From NCBI GenBank assembly GCA_030607895.1, contig JAUWJC010000001.1, forward strand, positions 1 through 25,998: a stretch of DNA of 25,998 bases, given 5' to 3'. The notes beneath the pieces were generated by a model. It was given only the letters and a program-made list of their open reading frames with translations, searched no databases and was not told where the DNA came from. The position numbers and the translations under genes are program-made. Positions 6,904 to 14,100 of this stretch are shown piece after piece. This DNA comes from Pirellulales bacterium (GTDB taxonomy: Bacteria > Planctomycetota > Planctomycetia > Pirellulales > Thermoguttaceae). Within the stretch, counting starts at the first letter, position 1, and every line of letters starts with the position of its first letter.

Positions 6904-8222
6904 TGGAGCAAAGTCCCTTCAAGTTGTCGCTGTATTTGCCCGCTCAAGGGGCCGCCGAGACCGAGGCGACCATCATCGAATGGTACGTGGCCGACTGCGA
7001 CCACTTCGACAAGGGGCAGGTGCTGGCGCAAATCGACAGCGCCAAGTCGGTATTCGATTTCGAGGCGCCTTGCGGGGGGACGTTGATTCGCCTGCTGCAT
7101 CTGGAGGGTGAAACGGTTTCGTTCCGTGAACCGGTGATGGAAATCGAAACTTGCGACAGCAGCATGAAGGACTGGATACCACCCGCCGCCGAAAACATCC
7201 AAGCAGATGCACAACCGGCCGAAATGCCCGGCGTCCGCACCACGCCGACAAACGATAACGGAGCGGTCCTGCTGGGTGTCGGCGGTTACCTTCCCGACCG
7301 GGTGGTCACCAACGCGGAACTGATTAAGGATTTCCCCGAGATCAGCGAGGAATACATCTTCCAAGTCACCGGCATCAGGCAGCGTCGCTGGGCCGCCGAG
7401 GACGAGAAGCCGTCGGACATGGCTTTTGCGGCCTCGCTGGAAGCAATACGCAAGTCGCGGATTGACACCAAGGACATCGACGCCATCATTCTGGCCACCA
7501 CCACACCCGACGTGGCCATGCCGTCCACCGCCTGCATCCTGCAAGATCGACTGAACCTGGGTGGTATTCCAGCCTTCGACCTGAACGCCGCGTGCTCCGG
7601 ATGGCTCTACGCGGTGGCCATGGCCCGGGGAATGATCCTCTCCGCAATGGCACACAACGTCTTGGCCGTCGGGGTCGACATGCAGTCGCGACTCTTGGAC
7701 CGATCCGATCGGAATACCTCGTTCATCTTCGGCGACGGTGCCGGGGCGGAGATTATGTCGGCGGGACACAAGGGCCATCGCATCCGGCAAACTGTCCTGG
7801 GTACCGACGGCAGGGGACTACACATGGCCCGACGCGAAGAGCCCGGATACCTCCTCGCCAACGGCAACGGAAAAGCCGATCCGGCAATTCGCATCGACGG
7901 GCCGGCCCTGTTCCGCTTTGCAACCGAGAGCTTCACCGCGCTGATTCGCCAGACCGTCGCCGGAACCGGGTGGACACTGGACGAAACGAACTGGGTAATC
8001 CCCCATCAAGCGAACTTGAGAATACTCAAGGCGGCGGCCAAACGGTCCGGTATCTCCTTCGACCGATTCTGCATGAACGTCGAGCGGGTCGGAAATACCT
8101 CCAGCGCAAGCATCCCCCTGGCTATCCTCGACGTGGAAGAGAATCTCAAGTCGGGCGACAAGATCGTGCTCTGTTCCGTGGGTGCGGGCGTGACCACCGC
8201 GGCAATTGCCGTCGAGTGGTGA
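6903..8222 (+). CDS. fabH: Lipoyl domain fused to beta-ketoacyl-ACP synthase III (FabH-like), 439 aa
   Basis: GTG start overlaps the E1 TAG (TAGTG) with a GAGGGAG RBS. N-terminal ~80 aa lipoyl fold EATIIEW...IDSAKSV...EAPCGG (K48), an Ala/Pro linker, then KAS III with C231 (AACSG), H368 (PHQAN) and N398 (GNTSSAS). Confidence 0.9.
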   Translation: MEQSPFKLSLYLPAQGAAETEATIIEWYVADCDHFDKGQVLAQIDSAKSVFDFEAPCGGTLIRLLHLEGETVSFREPVMEIETCDSSMKDWIPPAAENIQADAQPAEMPGVRTTPTNDNGAVLLGVGGYLPDRVVTNAELIKDFPEISEEYIFQVTGIRQRRWAAEDEKPSDMAFAASLEAIRKSRIDTKDIDAIILATTTPDVAMPSTACILQDRLNLGGIPAFDLNAACSGWLYAVAMARGMILSAMAHNVLAVGVDMQSRLLDRSDRNTSFIFGDGAGAEIMSAGHKGHRIRQTVLGTDGRGLHMARREEPGYLLANGNGKADPAIRIDGPALFRFATESFTALIRQTVAGTGWTLDETNWVIPHQANLRILKAAAKRSGISFDRFCMNVERVGNTSSASIPLAILDVEENLKSGDKIVLCSVGAGVTTAAIAVEW

Positions 8223-8354
8223 GCCGCATTTCTCACCAACCAGGGACGTACCGAAACAGTGTGCCACTGCTTCGCCAGAAGCAGTGCCGCGAAAACTCTC
8301 GGGAAAACACTGCTTCTAGCGAAGCAGTGGCATACCGTGGTGAGAAATGCGGCT
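8222..8354. mobile_element. 133-bp MITE/REP-doublet-like element with nested inverted repeats
   Basis: Outer 17-bp perfect IR AGCCGCATTTCTCACCA (8222-8238 / 8338-8354). Inner 28-bp IR (8259-8286 / 8308-8335, 2 mismatches); each arm contains a CACTGCTTC-N4-GAAGCAGTG hairpin. Confidence 0.7.
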
Positions 8355-8561
8355 TAGGCCCAGGCCCGGCCTGACCACTATTCCCGCCCCCGCTTTCGCG
8401 ACCCGCCCGTAGCGATTAAAGTAGATGGGTTCGTCGCGGGTCCGAGCCGCCTTGTCCTCAGGGCGGGTAATGCCCGTACGCTTCGTAACCCACAGTGAGG
8501 ACACTGCGGCTCGGATGGCCGGGAACCCGTTAATGGTTAGGCACCAAATAGGACAACGCAT

Positions 8562-9476
8562 ATGAGCTTTCGGATGACAGGGTTGGTGGCGGCGGTCTTT
8601 ACACCGATGCGAGCGGACGGTTCACTGAATCTCGACCGGGCGGGCCCGGTCGTGGACCACCTGGTTCGCGAAGGCGTAAGCGGCGTCTTTGTGTGCGGCA
8701 GCACGGGCGAGTGGGCGTCGCTCACGACGGACGAACGCATGAAGGCGGCCGAAGCGTTTGTCGAAGCAGGCAAGGGCCGGCTACCGGTGGTCGTGCACGT
8801 GGGCCACAACAGCCTGGCCGAAGCACACACGCTGGCAACCCATGCCGGGCAGATCGGAGCCGATGCCATCTCGGCCACCCCGCCCTCCTATTTCAAACCG
8901 GCATCCGTCGAGGTGCTCGCCGAATGCCTGGCCCACATCAGCGCCGGCGCGCCGGAACTTCCCTTTTACTACTACAACATTCCGGGAATTACCGGAGTCG
9001 AGTTGGATATGCTGGAGTTGCTCCAACTCGCCGCCGACAAACTCCCTGCCTTCGTGGGCATCAAGTATTCGGCGTCCACCGTCGACGAGCTCCAGTCGTT
9101 GCTCGATTTCGAGGACGGCCGGTTCGATATCCTCCACGGCCGCGATGAAATGCTTCTTAGCGGGCTGAGTACCGGTGCATTAGGAGCCATTGGCACTACA
9201 TACAACTTCGCCGCGCCGTTGTATTGCCGATTGATCGAAGCGTTCAACTCCGGCGACATGGTCCAGGCCCGGCGATGTCAGGCCCGTTCGGTCGACATGA
9301 TACGCGTCTGTCGCGAGTACGGCGGCCATACGGCCTTCAAGGCCGTAATGGGCCTGATCGGTCTCGACTGCGGCCCCAACCGGCTGCCACAGGTCTCGCT
9401 CGATCCGGACGAAACGGAAACTCTCAAAAGCGAACTGGAAGCCATCGGCTTCTTCCAGTGGGCACGGCCGCAGTGA
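8562..9476 (+). CDS. nanA: DHDPS/NAL-family aldolase, most like N-acetylneuraminate lyase
   Basis: GSTGE, YYNIPGITG (lacks the DHDPS Arg), GIKYS Schiff-base Lys, GRDEML and GAIGTTYN are NAL-type signatures; AGGA RBS. Confidence 0.7.
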   Translation: MSFRMTGLVAAVFTPMRADGSLNLDRAGPVVDHLVREGVSGVFVCGSTGEWASLTTDERMKAAEAFVEAGKGRLPVVVHVGHNSLAEAHTLATHAGQIGADAISATPPSYFKPASVEVLAECLAHISAGAPELPFYYYNIPGITGVELDMLELLQLAADKLPAFVGIKYSASTVDELQSLLDFEDGRFDILHGRDEMLLSGLSTGALGAIGTTYNFAAPLYCRLIEAFNSGDMVQARRCQARSVDMIRVCREYGGHTAFKAVMGLIGLDCGPNRLPQVSLDPDETETLKSELEAIGFFQWARPQ

Positions 9477-9517
9477 GAGCGCCCGCGGATTGGTGACCAC
9501 AAAGACCCGTTCTTGAG

Positions 9518-9934
9518 GGGCGCAGGAACGGGTTTGTAGTTTCGTGATTGTCCAGCCATCTGAAGAATAACTCTCGAGCAATTCGCCGGACTACGCCCGT
9601 TTACGGGCGTTTCCGCCGAAGGCGGTATTAGGCCCGTCCTTTAGGACGGGTTGCGGGTTGGGGAAGCCAGTGTTTTTGCCCTCTGTTTTCCTCCGGAGTC
9701 CCGGTTACGGGGCTTCTCGCTCCCGGCTTAAGCCACTACGGCGAGAAGGCCCGTAAACGGGCCTCGACAGTTGCCGTGATGGTGAGAACTCCCGAACTTC
9801 TCGCAACTCTCCAACCCGGCATGAATGCCGGGCCTAATACCACCTTCGGCGGGCCGGGCCGTAAACGGCCCTTGGCGATCTCGTCTTGATAAGGGTCGGT
9901 ATCCGCTACGGCGCGCAAACCCGCTCCTGCACCC
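9518..9934. mobile_element. MITE-like element with terminal inverted repeats, flanking direct repeat and an internal palindromic REP array
   Basis: 19-bp TIRs GGGCGCAGGAACGGGTTTG (9518-9536) / CAAACCCGCTCCTGCACCC (9916-9934), 2 mismatches. GTTCTTGAG is duplicated at 9509-9517 and 9935-9943. Internal 24-bp IR at 9613-9636 / 9829-9852. Confidence 0.65.
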
Positions 9935-9981
9935 GTTCTTGAGGCACTTGGTCTTTGAGCTTCTTGCGTAGCCGCCGCTCA

Positions 9982-10013
9982 CCTCGTTCCCAAGCGGGCG
10001 CTTGGGAACGAGG
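9982..10013. repeat. Solo REP-like hairpin (same family as 2652-2676), possible terminator of the second HU gene
   Basis: CCTCGTTCCCAAGCG-gg-CGCTTGGGAACGAGG, perfect 15-bp arms. Confidence 0.8.
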
Positions 10014-10034
10014 GGATTTCAACGGCGTCGGGGC

Positions 10035-10358
10035 CTAGGCCATGTCTTTGAGGTTCTTCAGCGGCCGCACTTTGATTTTGTTGTAGGCGGGGCGTGCCTT
10101 GACGTCCATGAGTTCACCCGGCTTGAAGGGGTTGGGGACGCCCGTCTTGGCAGGTCGTGCGGGGACCTTTTTCTTCGCGATTTTCAACAATCCGGGAATG
10201 GCGAACATGCCCGGCCCCCGATTGCCGAGATTCTTCTTGATCTCGGCTTGGAGCGCTTCAAGCACAGCGGTGACCTGCTTTTTCGTCAGGTCCGTGGCCG
10301 TGGCGATGTTTGTAAGGATCTCTGTCTTGGTCGGGGCTTTCTTGACTACTTTTGCCAT
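10035..10358 (-). CDS. HU family DNA-binding protein (divergent subtype), 107 aa
   Basis: True start is ATG 10358 with a GGAGGG RBS. TKTEIL...LTKKQV...FAIPGLLKI...NPFKPGE...KVRPLKNLKD fits the HU fold. Confidence 0.9.
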   Translation of the reverse strand: MAKVVKKAPTKTEILTNIATATDLTKKQVTAVLEALQAEIKKNLGNRGPGMFAIPGLLKIAKKKVPARPAKTGVPNPFKPGELMDVKARPAYNKIKVRPLKNLKDMA

Positions 10359-10451
10359 AATCCAATACCCTCCATGTGGGGTTTCTGAGAGGTCAACCAC
10401 GTGCGTCCGACAGGTGGAACGCCACGTTCGTTCGTCACACTGAACGGGATG

Positions 10452-10479
10452 ATTAGAGTCAGTTTGCCCGATAATGCAA
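10452..10479 (-). promoter_or_regulatory. Weak candidate promoter for the second HU gene
   Basis: TTGCAT - 16 nt - TCTAAT on the minus strand. Confidence 0.3.
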
Positions 10480-10881
10480 CCCGAAAAACGGCTCAAACGC
10501 CGAAAAAACCGGGAAAAAACGCCTTCCGAGCCGTTTTTTGCCCGTTTTTGCCCGTTTTGGCCCTGCTTTCGTGCCGAAGCCGCAGTTTTGCGACGGTGGA
10601 AAGCCCCTTTTACCGGATGCCCGTGATGGGTGCCAAAGGCTGTCCTCTGAACTGGCTCGCCGGTTGACATCCACACTCTCTTGTGGTATGGGGGACACCC
10701 ATCCGCGCCGGACTTTTCGCCAACGAGGCACCGCTTTCCCAATAGCAACAATCCGACAGAAAGCTGGCTTTTTGTCGGGTTTTTGCCTAAGATATTACAA
10801 TGTAGTGGTTTGCGCTGCGGCAGGGAACTTTCTTGGGTCAATAGACTACTAAGGGACCGCGAAAAAATAACTTGATCAATT

Positions 10882-10961
10882 GGGTGGCACGTCCCTGAGG
10901 AACGAAGGGCGTGTTGAGCCGGGTGCCCACGCCCTTCGCTGCGCTCAGGGACGTGCCACCC
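10882..10961. repeat. 80-bp long hairpin (REP-like)
   Basis: GGGTGGCACGTCCCTGAG (10882-10899) / CTCAGGGACGTGCCACCC (10944-10961) perfect 18-bp IR, plus inner CGAAGGGCGTG / CACGCCCTTCG. Confidence 0.8.
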
Positions 10962-11119
10962 TCGCTCAAACTTGTAAAGGTTATTTTTTCGCGGCCCCTA
11001 ATCATTGGTCTATGCAATAAGCACCCGAGGTCTACGCGAACCGGTGACCGGTTGGCGGCAACCTGTATCGGCCGATACGACGATTTGCCAGGCTGCCTGC
11101 CGTCTCTGGAAGGTTTTCA

Positions 11120-11128
11120 TGGTATGAT
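11120..11128 (+). promoter_or_regulatory. Candidate extended -10 promoter of the large envelope operon
   Basis: TG-G-TATGAT about 70 nt upstream of the GGAGGAGG RBS / ATG. Confidence 0.4.
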
Positions 11129-11199
11129 GGAGGTTGCGCTGCAAGGGGCAGCAAGCCGGCCGGAAACCGGCCAGTCCACGGAAGCGGAGGAGGCATATG

Positions 11200-14100
11200 A
11201 TGGCGCCGAGAAGGGAAAAAGGGACCAGGTTTAATTTGCCGGAACGGCCCGAAGGGTGCTTCGCACAAATTAAACCTGGTCCCTTTTTCCCCCTGGAAAT
11301 CGCGCTGGCGCTGTTGACAGCAGCGCTTTGGTCGACATGCGCGCACGGGCCAGTTGGGCCAATTGTGGCCAGCGGCCAGGTGCTCGGTCAAATGACGCCG
11401 GCTTCCGGCACTGCGAAGGCGGAAGACGAGTTCGTGGAGAACGTCTTCCTTCCTGCCGAGCGTACTGCCTTGAAACAACTCTCCAAAGCCCGAGAGTTGC
11501 TCCAAACCGGCCGCCATGCTGAAGCGGTGCGCTATTTGGGGGCGATTTTGGAGGGTCCGGAAGACTATTTTTTCCAACCGGACCGCAACGCGCCACTGCA
11601 CCGCAGCCTGAAGGCGGAGGCCCGGCAGTTGATCGGCCGGATGCCTCGCCGGGGCCTGGATTTGTACGAACTTCAGTCTGGCGCCCGGGCGCGACAGATG
11701 CTTGATGAGGCGGCTGCCGACGGCGACGCCATGCGTCTGGCCGAGATCTCCCGACGCTTCTTTCACACTCGGGCCGGCTACGAGGCAACATTCCTGTTGG
11801 GGCTCTATCATCTCGACCATGAACGTCCGCTGGCCGGGGCACTGACACTCGGCCGGCTGCAGGACGCATCTGGCACGGCCGAGTTGTTTGAACCGGCTCT
11901 GTCTTTGGCGATTGCCACTTGTTGGCTTCGCGCTGGCATGCCGGAAAGGGCCCAAGAGGTTCTTGCGGCCTTATCCGAGCGCAACCCAAACTCCACCGTG
12001 AGGATTGCAGGCAAAGATGTCCCTTTGCCCGGCAAGCAGGAGAAGCTCGTGGAGTGGCTCACTGGCGCGATCGGTCCACTGCACCAGGCCGCGCCCATCC
12101 AGCCGGACAGGTGGACAATGGTCCGGGGCAATGCTTCGCGAAACGCGTCCAGTTTGGGCGGTGCCCCGCTGATGAACATGCGGTGGCACGTTTCGTCCAC
12201 GGATCATCCGATGGTGGACGGGATACTCGTGTATCTCGATCGGATATTCAAGGAGCAAAGCGTCCCGGTCTTGCCCGGACTACATCCGTTGGCGGTTGAC
12301 GACGTTGTGCTGATGCGAACGGCGCGAAATCTGTTGGCCGTGGACTTTGCGACCGGCAAGCGGCTCTGGGAAGTGCCGACCGACGATTTGCCTGGAAAGC
12401 TACTGCTTTCCGGCCAGAAAGTCGCGAGCGGTTATTCGCAGTTGGCGATGGGGTTGAGCCAGCGGATATGGGAAGATGCCACCTACGGCACGATGACGAG
12501 CGACGGGCGGCTCGTTTTCAGCATCGAGGATTTGGGGCTCGGTCTGGCCGTGCGCAACTCGCGGCATATCATCATTAACGGCCGCCGCCAATTGAATCCC
12601 GACTGGCCGAAGCCGTACAACCGATTGGCGGCCCACGACATTCTGACGGGCAAGCTGGTTTGGCACGTGGGCGGATCGGTCGACGAGTTCGATCTGCCGG
12701 AAGCCGGGGCGTTTTTTCTCGGGCCCCCGCTGCCTTTGATGGGTCGGCTCTACGTCCTGGCCGAGGTCAAGGGCGAAATCCGCCTGCTGGCCCTGGACGG
12801 CCAATCTGGAAAAACATTCTGGTCGCAGCAATTGGCTGTCGCCCAGCGTGATATCCTCCACTCGCCGCTCAGGCGATGTGCCGGCGTGTCGCCGTCCTAT
12901 GCTGACGGGGTTCTGGTGTGTCCCACCGCCAACGGGGCGATTGTCGGCGTCGAGATGGCCACCCGGTCGCTGTTGTGGGGATATCGCTACGCCCGGAGCC
13001 CACAATTCCGCCACCGCCCACATGGATTCATGCGATTTGGAATCCTGCAGAATCCAAGCACGACGGGACGTTGGTCGGATGCCAATGCTATCCTGGTTGA
13101 CGGCCGGGTGCTGGTCAGTCCTATCGAATCGGACTATTTGCATTGCCTGGCCTTGATCGACGGCGAGCGCATCTGGCGGCACAAACGGGAAGACGATCTT
13201 TTCGTGGCCTGCGTGTGTCAGGGTAACGTGGTGCTGATCGGCCGCGAAAAGGGCCGCGCCCGGACGCTGGCCGACGGCACTCCGGCCGGGGACGGCCGTA
13301 CCGTCGAACTCCCGGAAGGCGCCGTGCCGAGCGGTCAAGGGTTTCTCGCCGGCAATAGTTACTACCTGCCGCTTAGTACCGCCGAGATCCTCGCTATCGA
13401 CCTGGCTACCGGCGCCCCGGTTGGAACGTCCAAGTCGCGCGACGGCAGCGTGCCGGGAAACCTCGTCTGTTACCGGGGGAACGTCATCTCGCAAGGCACC
13501 GGCGGTGTAGAGGCCTTCTACCAGTTGGATGCGCTTAAAAAACAAATCGAGCAGACACTCCGGCGGCAGCCCGACGACCCCGACGCACTGGCGCTCCATG
13601 GCGAGATATTGCTCGATTCGGGCAAGCTGGCGGAGGCGGTTGACACACTGCGCCGCTCCTACAAGCTGGCACAAGACCCCAAAACACGCGAACTGCTGCG
13701 CGAGGCGCTACTGGACGGCTTGCGGCAGGACTTCAAGGCCAGTCGCTCCAGCGCCGCCCAAATCGAGCAGCTCATCGACCGGCCAGACCAGCGGGCAGAA
13801 TACCTGCAATTGATGGCTGCCGGGTTGCAGGCCTCGGGCCAGTGGCAAGCGGCCTTGGAACACTACGTGAAACTGATCGAGTTGGATCAGGACCATCACC
13901 GCCTGGAGCGGGTTGACCGGTCGCGTTCGGTGCGTTGGGACCGTCGAATCCGAGGGGAGTTGACGGAGCTTCGCGAGGCCGCTCCGGCTGAAGTGAAGGC
14001 CGAGATCGACAGGATGGTCGAGGCGAGGCTTGCCGCGGCGGTCGAGGCCACGGGCCCCGAGCCCCTTGGGCGGTTCCTCGACTACTTCGCCGACCACCCG

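Noticed and set aside
8316-8561. 81-aa minus-strand ORF between fabH and nanA
   Set aside because: No RBS or motif, it ends within a repeat, and it overlaps the nanA upstream region.
10485-10560. A/T-tract stretch with TTTTGCCCGT x2-3 and an AAAAACGGCTC / GAGCCGTTTTT inverted repeat
   Set aside because: Low-complexity promoter-region DNA; it may bend DNA, but nothing specific can be supported.
10664-10692. TTGACA-17-TATGGG as a plus-strand promoter
   Set aside because: The -10 box is poor (no final T) and it is ~500 nt from the next start.
10359-10841. N-terminal extension of the 268-aa ORF ending in HU
   Set aside because: It runs through AT-rich promoter DNA; the RBS and HU homology begin at 10358.
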